A stretch of DNA of 47,781 bases, taken from positions 201,735 to 249,515 of the forward strand of contig PS015038.1 of assembly GCA_048213135.1 (NCBI GenBank). The letters run 5' to 3'. This document shows, piece after piece, positions 1 to 11,894 of the stretch. A model generated the notes under the pieces. That model was given only the letters and a program-made list of their open reading frames with translations. It was not told the DNA's origin and ran no database searches. The translations under genes and the position numbers were made by a program. Position 1 is the stretch's first letter. Each line of letters begins with the position of its first letter. The stretch is from Reclinomonas americana ATCC 50394 (lineage: Eukaryota).

Positions 1-977
1 GTCGCCGTGCAGGTCGCGGATACACATCCACAATGCGATCGACGGTGAATTCAGGTCCCAACAACGACGGCTCCGATCGTGGCGACACAGCATCCTCATC
101 AATCTCCGAGTTCTCGTACCACCCTCGTGGAGACTGCGACTGCGATGACGATGCTGACGACGACAATGACGCAGAGGACGACGAATCGAGAATGCGATTG
201 CGACCAAGAACGCGACCGCTTGCCCCAATCGATCCCCACGGTCCTCCGCCCCCAAAGCCCACTGTCGACGAGGCCACTGACGGTCGCGGAATACGCACTG
301 CCTGTGGTGACATGGACAGGCGACTGTGCCGACTACTGCGCGTACTGCCCGGACTAGCTGCTGGTGCGGCCTTCTTCGCCTTGGCCTTCTTCTCGCCCGA
401 CATGCTCTCAAACTGCAGTCGCGTGCGCTGCTCCAGGTTGCTGCTGGCCAAGTCGTACACACTGCTGCTCCGCTGCGACATGGGCGATAGAGGCGCGCGC
501 AAGGAGGAGGAGGAGGAAGACAAGGGCGGTGCGAGTGGAGGTGGCGGCTGGTGCCGCGGGAACACCGGACTTGCTGCAAAGTTGCGGAAGCGGATCACTA
601 CGCCTCCTCCCTCTTGCTCTTCCTGCGCGGAGGAGAGTGAGTGAGTGGAGCAGCACAGAAGCCGCTTGCTCACACACACGCACCTGCTCGTCATCATCGC
701 GTGGAGTGCGCAGGCCCATGCCGCGTCCCAGATCGTCCACATGCAGCTGCTCGTCGAGCAGTCGCCTCGGAGGCGGAGGAGGAGGAGGCTGTGAAGGAGG
801 AGCAGCTCGTGCAGAGGCACTTCTCACGCGTTCTGCCTCCTGTAACCGCCGACGCAGTTCGCCCAACACATCACTGACTTGTGCGTCGGCTGCACTCATG
901 TTCTTCCCCAATGGTGACAATCTGCAACGGTCAATTGCTCTTTCTCCGTCCTCCTTCGCCATTGTTCCTTTGTTCAT
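1..977 (-). CDS. Hypothetical Ser/Pro-rich low-complexity protein, 3'-partial (runs off window start)
   Basis: Exon 1 (M..SAADAQVSDVLGELRRRLQEAE..DDDEQ) ends at CAG|gtgcgt (~683). The acceptor ccgcgcag (~623) gives a stop-free frame EEQEGGGVVIRFRNF.. to position 1. Start uncertain (977, 962 or 899). No recognisable domain. Confidence 0.55.
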
Positions 978-1556
978 CTTTCCACACACACACACACGCA
1001 GTGGCGCTATTGTTGTGCACTGACACGCGCGCTCATCCCTTCGTCGCTCTACAGTCGACAATCGTTCATTGTGCGCATGTCAACAAGTTTGTTGCAAAGA
1101 GATTCCTCTCATCTTNNNNNNNNNNNNNNNNNNNNTTAGTCTCCTTTCTTCCGTCCTCCCTTCCGTCCACTTGTTCCTTTCGTTTCTATCTTTCCTACAC
1201 ACACACACACGCAGTGGCGCTATTGTTGTGCACTGACACGCGCGCTCATCCCTTCGTCGCTCTACAGTCGACAATCGTTCATTGTGCGCATGTCAACAAG
1301 TTTGTTGCAAAGAGATTCCTCTCATCTTCCCCTTCCTCGCCTTTCACGCATATGGTGTTTCCTTTGGCGAACGGCATGTGCGTGAGCAGCGACAGCCGCC
1401 AATAATGAGGCCAACCAACACACACGAAATGCCACTCGCATCTCAAATCCACCGCTCATCACTGCCAAACGCGTCTCCCGCGCACGCAACCGCGTATGCA
1501 ACGTCTTGTGTGATGATTGCATTTGCTTTTCTCTTCATAGCGCACGCGAAGACAAC

Positions 1557-3733
1557 ATGGCAGTTGCCGCACATCGTCATCGCTATCACCACTCGGCCTC
1601 GGGTGACCACATGCCACTCTTTCACCATCATGCGCCCGCCATGATGATCTCTCCTCCGTTGGCGTTTTACACTGCCACCACAACCATTGCATCATCATCG
1701 TCATCGACGACATCATCAGCGGCGGTGTCTCGCAAGGCGCACCACCCGTCGCCACCACCGCGCAAGCTCAAGAAGCCGGCCATTGCGACGACAGGATTTG
1801 GCGTGTCGTGTTTGTGTCGGCGGAGAGGTTGCTCGACGGCGGATTTGACCATCAACTGTGACGAGGAGCGCGAGGATTCGGTGGAGGACTTCTACTTGCC
1901 CGAGTCGCCCTCGTCTGCGTCGGATCTGGTGTTGTGGTCGTCGTCGTCGGCCTCGGAGGTCTCGTCGCCGTCTGCGTCGCCGACACCGCGACAGCTGCTC
2001 AGTGTGTCGTTTGGCGAGGAGCTCACAGAGGAGGAGGAGCGGCAGTGTCGTGAGCTGCTGCGACAAGTCATGCAGGCGCGACGACAGGTGCGTGCGTGCG
2101 TGTGGCTTGTGTGTGAGGTTGTGTTTGGCGCAAGTCGTCCTTATTTGGACTTGGATCACACAGAACTTTGTGCCATCGGTGGGCTTCCTGCCAATGCCCG
2201 AGACGATCGTGCCTCCGGCATGTGTCGCTCGCACGCCGACCGCCTGCGTGTGCGGTGGTGATTGCGCATTGCCACAGGCGCGCGTCACGATTGACATGAC
2301 GACGGGAGTGTATCACAGCGCGCGTTCGGATTTGCGTGTGGCGGTGGTGCCCGACGTGCATCCGGGCATCGTTCATCGCCTGCCCGCCGATGCGCCGTGC
2401 GTGCCGGTGCCGCTGGCGGTGTCGGCCGACGGGAAGCGCATTGCGGTGGCCGGCGCAGCGGGTGGCGGCGCCAAGGACATTGTGAGCTCGGCGTCGCTGG
2501 ACGAGTTGTCGCTGCCGCGGCACACGGTGGTGGCCGGTGCGGCTGCCGATGCGTTGACGTTTGTGGCCGACTCGCACGCGGTGCTGGCCGTGTCGACCGA
2601 CGCCGCGCTGACGGTGCTGAGTGCGGACTCGGGCGAGCGCGAGCTGCTGCACAATGAGCTGCCGATGGTCAACTTACCGTTGTGCTGCGTGGCCGTGTCG
2701 CCCGACTACCGGCAGACGGTGCTCGGCGACGCCAGTGGCATGCTGACGGTGTTCCAGGAGGCGGCCAGCGATGACAAGAGCAGCGACACGTTTGCGCAGC
2801 AGGTGCACACGCGCTCACGATCGCGGGTGTGTGCCGTGGCCTTTTCGCCCGACGCCCGCGATCTGGCGTGCACAAATCGCGACGGCACCGTGAGCGTGTG
2901 GTTCGGCTTCAACCCCATGTCGCCGGCGGACTTTGCCGACTCGGTGGTCAGTGGTCCGCCGCCGTCACGTGTGCTGTCGAGGCCGCAGGGTGGACGGCCC
3001 GACATTGGCTTTGCGCCGCTGGCGTGGAGCCCGGTCGGCAAGCGGCTGCTGGTCGGTGAGTACAGCCGCTCATCGCCGTGCTCGCTCCTCATGTGGCACC
3101 TGGACCAGCCGGGCACCTTGCCGGTGGTCAGCGTGGCGCACCCAGGCACCGTCACCAGCGTTGGCTGGATGCTCGACAACGCCTCGCTGTGCGTCAGCTG
3201 CTCCTCTGACATGACGCTCAGCACGTGGTGCGCCGCCGACCTCACCCGACTCCAGACCGTGCACCTGCGATCGGCACCACCGCGCATGTTGGCACTGCCG
3301 ACGCGGAACAGATTTGCTCCGGCACTGGCCACCTTGCCGGCGCACTCGAACAGCCTGGTGGTCTCTGCCGGCGGCTCCCTCATCAGCGTCTTGAATAGTG
3401 CGTTCAACACCCCTCCTCTCTCTTCTTTCTTCTCCTCCTTCCGTCTTCTCACTTGCCTGCTGTGCAGTTGTCGGCGTCGACGTCGAGGTTGGTGACTGCC
3501 GGCGCGCCGTGGAGGCCGTCCGCGCGTTGCTGCCACTGGACGACGACGACACGCAGATGGATGCCGAGAGCAGTAATGACACCGACGACAGCCGTCGCAT
3601 GTGGGCCGACAGCGATCCACGGCTATCGCTCGTCCTCATTGTCATGAACGCCTTCATGCTGGAGGAGGCCCGACTGCACGCGCTGCGATTCCGCTACCAC
3701 AAGATGGCCGCGGCGCAGCTGTCGCCGTCATAG
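1557..3733 (+). CDS. WD40-repeat (beta-propeller) protein with Ser-rich N-terminus, 3 exons
   Basis: Introns CAG|gtgcgt..ccacag (~2087-2277) and A|gtgcgt..gtgcag (~3398-3467) join three frames. WD-like blades: LAVSADGKRIAV, CVAVSPDYRQTVLGDASGMLTVF, VCAVAFSPDARDLACTNRDGTVSVW, LAWSPVGKRLLVG, HPGTVTSVGW..CSSDMTLSTW. Start uncertain (1557 or 1641). Confidence 0.75.
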
Positions 3734-3825
3734 CCCGTCACCTACTAATGAACCAATCCCCAATTAATGTTGTTATCGCTGCGAAGTTGTCCTCGTTGCA
3801 TCGCTTTCTCTTTGTTGTCGCGTCG

Positions 3826-4383
3826 ATGCTGGCTCACTTTATCGGTGGGCGACACGTGGTAGCCGGCTCCGGGGCCCTCTTTGCACTGAGCGTGTTGCGT
3901 TGCATCGTTTCTTGCGCGCGCGCGTGCAGCAGTTGTCTCACCCCTCCTCCCGAGCAGGCGCTCCTCACGACGCTTCAAGTGCGCCCACTTTGACCTCGTC
4001 GCCACGCACCTTCCCGCGCCCCCACCCGCCCCTCGCCCGNNNNNNNNNNNNNNNNNNNNCTCCCCGCCTCCGCAGCCGCTCTCCGCCAACTCGGCATCCT
4101 CTGCGCCATCAAACACACCAGCAAACGCGCAGTCGATCGCAATCGCATTCGCCGTCGACTCCGCGCAGTGTGCGCCCCACTGTTGGCCTCCGCGGTGCGA
4201 CCCAACACGGGCGTGGTGCTGCTGGCGCGACTGAGCGCGCGCGATGCACCGTTTGCGGAACTGCAGCAGCTTGTGCGCAGTGGATTGGAGCACACTGGGG
4301 TGTTGATGACGACGGCGAGTGCGCGGACGTCGCCTTCGTGGGCCTGCAAAGGGCACGAGACCGACGACGTCGAGGAGGAGTGA
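3826..4383 (+). CDS. rnpA: Bacterial-type ribonuclease P protein subunit (RnpA family), intron-containing nuclear gene
   Basis: Last exon (acceptor ccgcag at 4075) reads ALRQLGILCAIKHTSKRAVDRNRIRRRLRAVCAPLLASAVRPNTGVVLLARLSARDAPFAELQQLVRSGL. It contains the RnpA K-x-A-V-x-R-N-R-x-[KR]-R-x-x-R (RNR) motif at 4123-4164, followed by the typical hydrophobic strand and 'F.EL' helix. Upstream exons (MLAHFIGGRHVVAGSGALFALSV..) are less certain because an N-gap lies at 4040-4059. Confidence 0.8.
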
Positions 4384-4480
4384 AGTGGCGTCGGCGGGGA
4401 GAGGAGCATTGTCATGAAGCGTCTCTAGTCCTGTCGGTGTGTATCTTTGTCAACGAAACGCGCACACGCACACGCACACA

Positions 4481-5434
4481 ATGGCAGTGTTCTCTTTGTA
4501 TGTGGTCAACAAGGCCGGTGGTCTCATCTACCATCGCACCTTTGTAAAAGACGGTGAGTGGCATGAGTGATCCTCTCACTCACATTCATTCTCTCTCTCT
4601 CTCTCACTCATTCTCTCTCTCTCTCTCTCACACACTCACCCGCCTTCACTCTCACACTCTCTCACCTCTCCCTCTTTCTGTCTCTCTCTCTCTCTGTCTC
4701 TCTCTCCCTTGTCTGCTTCTCTCCCCTTGTCACGCATTGCCTTCTCTGTCTCCTTCTTCCTCTCTCTTTCTCATTCTTCCCCCCCGTCTCTCCTCTTCTC
4801 CCACTCTCACCTCTCGCTAAGTCAAACACGCTCCCTTCTCCTTCTCCCACTCTCACCTCTCGCTCAGTCAATGACACTCCCTTCTCTTTCTCCCATTGTC
4901 CCTTCTCTTCTCTCCTCTCTCCTCCCCTTCTCTCTCACGCCTTCCCCTTCTCTCTCACGCCTTCCCCTCTTCTCTCACCCTTCCCCTTCTCCTCCCCCCT
5001 CACCCTTCTCCCCCTTTCCAGTCAAGCTGTTCGACGACAACACCTACTTGCGCGTGGCATCCACCTTCCACGGCATGCACGCCATTGCGCGGCAGCTGTC
5101 GCCGACCAAGGGCTCCTCGGGCTTGTCGTCTGTGCAGGCCGACACCTTCAGCATGCACTGCTTCCAGACACTGACTGGTGGGTGATTGTTGCGCTCTCTC
5201 TCTCCTTGTACTCCGACCTTCTCTGACTCTCTCTCTGAACCAGGCACCAAGTTCTTTGTGGTGGCCGACTTGCATGCGCGCGACGTGGAGAGCCTGCTCC
5301 AGAATGTGTACGAGGTGTTTGTGGATTACGCCCTCAAGAACCCCTTCTACGAGGCCGAGATGCCGATCCGCTGCGAGCTCTTCGACATCAACCTCGACGC
5401 CACCATTGCCGGGTACAACTCCAAGGCACTCTGA
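4481..5434 (+). CDS. TRAPPC4: Trafficking protein particle complex subunit 4 (Trs23/sybindin family)
   Basis: Exons 4481-4553, 5022-5177 and 5244-5434 splice (GT-AG) to [73 protein letters not shown], the characteristic TRAPPC4 motifs. Confidence 0.95.
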
Positions 5435-5487
5435 TGAAGATTGTTGTTGTTGCTGTTGTTCCATAAGTGTATCGTGTATTGTGTGCT

Positions 5488-8400
5488 TCATTCATCGTCG
5501 GCATCCATGGCCGTGGCCTGCTGGTGCACGCCACTGCCACTACCGCCGCCGTCCTCGTCCTCCTCGCCCTCGCCGTCGTGGAGACCGAGTGTGTGCGGGT
5601 CCACCAAGTAGGGCGTCTCGTCGAGGCGCTTCATGCTGGCAATCGAGTCGTCGACCCACGCGCGGTACACGAACTTGGGTCGAGAGCGCACGCACAACTG
5701 GCGCAGCGATGGCAGGCGCCACGTGTCGAGCGAATCGCACACAACGTGCGTGATGATGGTGCTCGGGTTCGTCTCGATGGTGGCACCGTGCGCCGACAGC
5801 GCAATTGCCGTCTCGTTCAGCCAGCTGTCCTCGATGCGAGTCGACGGGTCACTGCAGGAGAAACCGGTGAGTCCGGAACGCACGCAGTGCAAGAGAGGCA
5901 CGAGCGGATAACGCAACCCGAGTTCGACAAAGGCGTCGACGTAGAAGATGAGGGGCGAGAAGATGCTGGTCTCGGGCATGCAACCGGTCTCCTCGTACTG
6001 CTCCATCTGCCACCAGTCGCGGCCGGCCGGCTGGCGATGCAAGCAAGATTCAAAACAAAGGACATGGTGTATGAAGGCACAAAAGCACGCACGCAACATC
6101 GTCGGGCGGTCGCGGATAGTCGACCATGCGGGCAAACACGGCACGCAGTTCATCCGTACTGACTGGCTCCATGTACGAGTCGCCGTACTTGTCGGAGAGC
6201 ACCTTGAAGGCCTCGCTGGTCTTCGGCGACGTGTAGATCATCCACCTGCAAGCAACGGTTAAGTGTGAAGAAGAAGACAGTCGCCCCTTCCCTTCACGAC
6301 TCAACTTTTCCGAGAGTGGCACCCGCTGGCGTCGATTGAGGCACTCGGCGAACCAGTCCAGCTTGACAATGTCGACAGGGCGAAAGACGCCGGTCTCGAA
6401 GCCACGAATCACGTCCTTGACTCGCACGTCTGTTGAAGGGAAGGGAGGTGAATAAACAAGAGAGACAGGAGGGACAAGAAACCATCGCAACTGTTGGAGC
6501 TGGCGAGCATAATGTTGGTGGTCGGCGTGCACTCCTGCGTCTTGCGGCCACCGTACTTGACGATCAGTTCCTCCACTCGTGCCTTGCCCGTGCGTCCATC
6601 GGTCGACTCCAGCGGGCCCTTTGTGTAGTTGATCTTGGAGTCGACATAGAGAACGACTGGAGGGACACAGCAGTGTGTGTGAGATCCAGCGTTTCATCCC
6701 ACTCTTCCCCTTCCAACGCACCAAACTCGTCGCCACGGAAGACGTTGCCCTGCACCTCCACACGCGACGTGTCCGTGTCGCGAAACTGCGGTGCAATCAT
6801 CAACGCCTGACGAGTACGCGGCGCCACGTTCCGACGCTTGCTGGCCGTCTCGTCGGGCAGGTACTCGCCCGTCCTCTTGGCGTTCGTGCCGAGCAGGCCG
6901 TTCTGCGACTCGGAATCGTGCACGAGCACCATGTACTCTGCGTGTTGAAAGCGATGAGCAGTTGCGGTGATGGTACCAAAAACACACGCACACTCTCACG
7001 CACCGTCCAGCGTCAGCGAGTCACGCCAGTCCTTGTCGTGACGCACTCGCATCATGCGCGGAAAGCGCAAGGTGTAGCCAGTGCGGAACTTGTCGGTGGT
7101 GATAATGGAGTAGCCGCGTACTTGCAGCACGATGGATCTGTGCATGCAGGCAACCAAAAGAGTGAGCACAAGGACTCTCCTCCCTGTGTGCCTACCACAC
7201 GACGAAACTTGTCGGCTGGGATCCACACCGACGGCACATCGTTGGCGGCCGGCCGCCAGCCTGCAGTAAGATGATAGAGGTGTAAGAGAAAGAGGTAAGA
7301 GTGGACGCAGGGGGTNNNNNNNNNNNNNNNNNNNNNNNNNNNNNNNNNNNNNNNNNNNNNNNNNNNNNNNNNNNNNNNNNNNNNNNNNNNNNNNNNNNNN
7401 NNNNNNNNNNNNNNNNNNNNNNNNNNNNNNNNNNNNNNNNNNNNNNNNNNNNNNNNNNNNNNNNNNNNNNNNNNNNNNNNNNNNNNNNNNNNNNNNNNNN
7501 NNNNNNNNNNNNNNNNNNNNNNNNNNNNNNNNNNNNNNNNNNNNNNNNNNNNNNNNNNNNNNNNNNNNNNNNNNNNNNNNNNNNNNNNNNNGCTATGAGA
7601 ACGGTGATACTCACAGAGAGGAGCGCAACCACACGCAACAGCAGAAATTCTCGTCCTCCAACACCTCGTCTCCGTCGGCCAGCAATCCTGTGCATCGACA
7701 GGCGAGAGTGTGTGAGCATGGCGGAGCTGTCACTCACCAGAGGCGTGCACACTTACCGTGCGATCGGTTGGCACCAAACTTCTTGAAGGTGCCCGCCTGC
7801 TTGCTGTACACCATCATCTCGCCGTCGAGGATGCAGCTGTTCTGGCCCATTCAGTGTGCAGCTCGCTGCTGTTGTCTATTTGCACAGGCGATGATCTCAC
7901 CTCTGCACCTTGTCGCTGAGACGCGACTTGAGCACGTCCACGTAGCGAGAGTAGAATCGGTCGTAGGCGTGCCCGTTCCTGCACCAGCACAGATGAGTGA
8001 CACGAAGAGAAGACAACGGATGCCAACAAGTACACACACCTGGAGAAGAAGCGGATCTTGTGGCCCTCGATGTGCACCTGGATGCGCTCGCCGTCGTACT
8101 TGAGCTCCCACGAGAGCTCCTCCGGACGCGAGCCCTGCAGCGCGCCACAAACATGGGCGGATGCATCGTCACCGTCTTCTCGGGGACGAGCGAGACGCAA
8201 CTTTATCCGTGCCACGCAGCAAATCGTCAATGTGTCGCACGTCGCGCAGTGGTGCCGCCAGCATGGGTCGCACGCAGGCGAACAGGCGAATGGGCTGTGT
8301 AGGGTGTGAGATGGTGCGACCACAATCCAAAGAACCACCGCCCGCCACGCTCACCGTCTGATCCAAATGGAACGCCCGATCGCGACACTTGACAGCCACC

Positions 8401-9377
8401 TCTTGCAAATCGGAACACGCACTGTGCAGCTTCTCGGCATCGGTGTGGTACGCCTTGAGCATGGTGGCGTGGTTGACGCCCATCTTCATTTCTGCGAGAC
8501 GAGAGTGAGTAACAGGGGAGTGGGAAGCGAACGCGATCGGCTGCGTAACCCTTCAAGATGATGCGCATGAGCCAGCGTTGCTCCAACGGCGTCGTCTTCT
8601 GCAACAGCGTGAAGAGGTGTTCACGCTTCTTGGCCGGCTCCGGCGCACTGGCCAGCTCGTCCAGCATGTGGTTCACATCGGCCACCGTCAGCGTCGATTG
8701 CTGCGTCGACAGTGTCGACATGACTTTGTACACCACGTCGGAAAAGTAGGCCGTCTGTGATGGCAGCACAGTGAGCACTCCCATCCCTCCCTTTCACCCA
8801 AAGAGCATCACGAAACATTGGAGCGGAAGCCGCCTCCAGTGCCATCCTTCCAGTACATCAGGCTGCGCGCCTTCTCGCTCGTCTTCGGCAGCTGGTACAA
8901 GTCGATGATCATGTGCGCGATCTTCTTGTCCTTCAGGCCGTACGTTCCACGCAGAGCCTCATCCAGCTGCATGCAGTGTTGGTGAGTGAGGGAGGGGANN
9001 NNNNNNNNNNNNNNNNNNGGCTGCAGACCACAGGCAACAAACCTCGGGCATGAAGAGTCGCAGGAAGGGATGGGTGGATCCGTCGCGCACCGAGTCGATG
9101 AACTTGGTGAACACCTCCAGCTTCTTCTTGCTGCCCTTGGTGGCGAGGATCTTCTCGAACACACTGCAACCGGAGATACAATGTGGGCACTTTGGTCGCG
9201 CCACTTGAAGTCACACTTTTACGACACCAATTGAACCCCACCACCACCACCACCACGCAACTTGCAGAGACTCACAAAGAGCACAGTCTTGTCGCGCTCA
9301 CGCAGACCGGGCGGGTCTTGCGCACGAGTGTGCCCACGCGATGAGGACCCGGAGGCAGCAGAGGCCGCTGCCGACAT
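5488..9377 (-). CDS. LIG4: DNA ligase IV (ATP-dependent, NHEJ) with two C-terminal BRCT domains; middle part lost in N-gap 7316-7591
   Basis: Spliced product has an N-terminal DNA-binding domain (RGTYGLKD; EQRWLMRIILKEMKMG), motif I ELKYDGERIQVH, FFSRNG, CILDGEMMV, OB-fold DVWIPADKSIVLQV and GYTLRFPRMMRVRHDKDW, then BRCT1 (VFRGDEFVVLYV..LIVKYGG..DIVKLDWFAECL) and BRCT2 (LSAHGA..ITHVVC..VYRAWVDDSI). About 16 visible introns. Confidence 0.95.
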
Positions 9378-9472
9378 GGTCTCCTCTCGCTCAATGCACA
9401 CGAACGAAAACTTGACTAATGTAAAGAGGGACAACTCGATGTCGACGTGCCCTTCTTTTTTTCCGCTTTCAT

Positions 9473-10248
9473 TCAGAGGTTGGTGAGTCGATGCAAGAGG
9501 GCGTACTCGAGCAGTGCACTCTCCAACTCGGCGGTGCGTTCGGTCAGCTGATCACGCTGCGAGAATACGCGAGTCAGCACCAAGTCGACCGACGTCGACT
9601 TTGTGCACACACCTCCTCTTGCAACGCTGTGCTGCGTTGCTCCTGGTCGACCAGTCGACGGCGGAGTGCATACTGCTGCTGGTACAGCGAACGTAGATGC
9701 GCGGGCGTTGACGCTTGCGGCAAATCAACGTCGACGTCGATGACAGTGGCCGATGAGCTAGAATGCACAGCAGGCGCGTGGCTCGTGCCCGGTCGTCGCT
9801 CCAGCATCTCCCGCACGAAGGCACTCACGAACGCCGAGTTTCCTGTGGCCGGAGCAGCAGCCGCAGCAGTGGAAGTGACGATCACAGGCGCGGGTGGCCT
9901 CTTGTCGTCGTCGTCGTCATCGTGGATGAGCGGAGACAAGGGCGACTCGGGGTCACTCTCGTCCATCTCCATTGGCGCATCATAGATGTCGTCCTCCTCC
10001 GCCTGCTCTCTCCGTCGAGCTTGTGGTGGTGGTGGCGCAGTGGTCTTCAGTCGTTGAATGTCCAACGAGGCACTGGCGACGACACTCGACACTGTCGCAC
10101 TGCGCGACGCAGCATCGCCTCCCGTGGAACGACGCATGCGCTCAAAGAACTCACGCTGTTGGCGCTCTCGGGCACTGCCACCACCATGGCCACCACCACC
10201 ACCACCTCCACGACGAGTGTCGAGAACAGAACTGTGTATGCGAGGCAT
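9473..10248 (-). CDS. Hypothetical disordered protein with C-terminal coiled coil; N-terminal motifs resemble HEIP1/REDIC1 (tentative)
   Basis: ATG 10248 (MPRIHSSVLD..RERQQREFFERMRR..SLDIQRL..). Intron GAG|gtgtgt (~9612) to an acceptor at ~9548-9558; last exon LTERTAELESALLEYALLHRLTNL, TGA at 9473-9475. Confidence 0.65.
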
Positions 10249-10405
10249 GAGAAGGAGAGAGAGAGAGAGATAAAGATGGAGCGTGAGTGAGGCAACAAGA
10301 GGGGCACCGTGCAGAGCCACCGGACCAGCGCTGCATGGGAAGAAACACACAGGTTCAACTGGACGACTTCGCACGAAAGTGACGTGGCATTCATTTTGTT
10401 TGTCC

Positions 10406-11812
10406 TCACGACCACGGTGTTGCCGGGCATCCTTGCGTGCAGCTGCCAACAAACATGAGCTCTCCTCCATTGCAGCAAGAGTAAAATAGTGATTACGCAA
10501 CTTGAATCCGTTGCAACCGTCAATCCACGACAGCGGCTCGTGCACCTCTGACGAGTCCTGCGCTTGCCAGAAGCGCTCGAGAGCGTCGGAGAGCGTGACA
10601 CCACCGACGTGCATGCGCGTGAAATCGTCACTGGTTGCCGCGCAGTGCGAGAAGCAGGCGCCGGCCCAGACCCCATGTGGCGGGCTGTCCCGCGCGGTGA
10701 ACACGGTCAGCAGGGCGAAAAAGCCCGGTCGGAAGGTGTTCAGCGCATAGGTCTTCTCCTCGGTGGTCCACGCGCTCGGAGCGCCCCACTGGCCCAAGTC
10801 GGTGGACAGCTGCCATGCGTCATACTGCTCCGTGTGCACCAGCGTCGGCGTCTTGACAAACGGCATGGCCACGCTGCTGAACAGACACATCCACGGCTTG
10901 GCGGCATTGGCCGCCACACACGCCTTGTTCAGCACCGGCTGCCACAACTCGTAGCCGGCACGCGCAATGGCCTCCAGCGAAGGCACACGGTCGGGATGCA
11001 GCGTAGGCAGGTTGGTGAGCCAGCCGGCGTCGGCAAAACCCGCGTGCAGCGGCACCACCGACGCCGCCACATCCACCGTGTTGACCACGCCCTGCCCACC
11101 GGCCGAGCACCCGGCATACAGCACGCGACTGACGCCCGGACGCAGGCCATGCACCTGCACGAGATCCTCCATGGCCGCACGCACATGCGCCAGCCCGCGG
11201 AACACAAAACCAGCGGCGTCGGGCTGCGTTCGATTGCCGGCAAACATGTCGCTGGAGCAGTACCTGCAAACGAGGCATGAGCGCGTGCATGTAAAAAGGG
11301 ACGTGAGTGAGCGACAGACACGCAACTGCACAAAGGCCAAGTGCGCGTCGGCAAAGAGCGCGTTCTTGGCGGCGCTCGGCGACAGCAGGCCGCCATCAAA
11401 CGCCACCTGCTGCTTCCACGGGTGACTGCTCATCAACTCGGGATTCGACTTGTACCGCTGGCGACACGACTGCTCGTCTTGGCACCACGCACCACCCTGC
11501 AAGCAAGAGAGTGAGAGTGAGAAGAGTGAATGACAGCGTGTTTGTGTGCGCGCAAACCTGCAGGAAGACGACCCATGTGTCGGAGGTACCCGGGCGATAG
11601 TAGTAGCCACCGGGTGTCTGATCGTTGCACACAGCACCTGTGTGTGTGTGAGGGAGGAGAGTGAGGCAGTGGGTCGCGGAGCAATCACACTGGTGGAGAA
11701 AGAGATGAGGACCTCGCGACTGCGCGTCGGTGTACAAGTGCAGCGTGGCCATGGGCGCAGCACATGCGCACACTGCCAAAGCAAGCAACAGCAACAACAA
11801 CGCGCTGCGCAT
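10406..11812 (-). CDS. Secreted pectin acetylesterase / Notum-family alpha/beta hydrolase, 5 exons
   Basis: Signal peptide MRSALLLLLLALAVCACA. Family motifs GAVCNDQTPGGYY, WVVFLQGGAWC, YCSSDMFAG, nucleophile elbow GCSAGG, YDAWQL, ACFSHC, and C-terminal IDGCNGFNCTQGC after splicing the intron starting at 10501. Confidence 0.9.
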
Positions 11813-11894
11813 CTCTCACAGGCGACAAGATATGACAAGTTTTGTCCCGCCCGCGCCACCGTTATACTCTCCTGTCTCTCTCTCCCAGCGAGTC

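Noticed and set aside
930-1328. Apparent ~190-bp tandem duplication either side of a 20-N gap
   Set aside because: The second copy starts as a noisy, indel-ridden version of the first and becomes identical further from the gap, as expected for unmerged overlapping contig ends.
9574-11859. 761-aa ORF suggesting an esterase fused to a disordered coiled-coil protein
   Set aside because: Splicing the intron at 10501 gives the family-typical Cys-containing C-terminus and a stop at 10406. The long ORF reads through introns and an intergenic CT tract.
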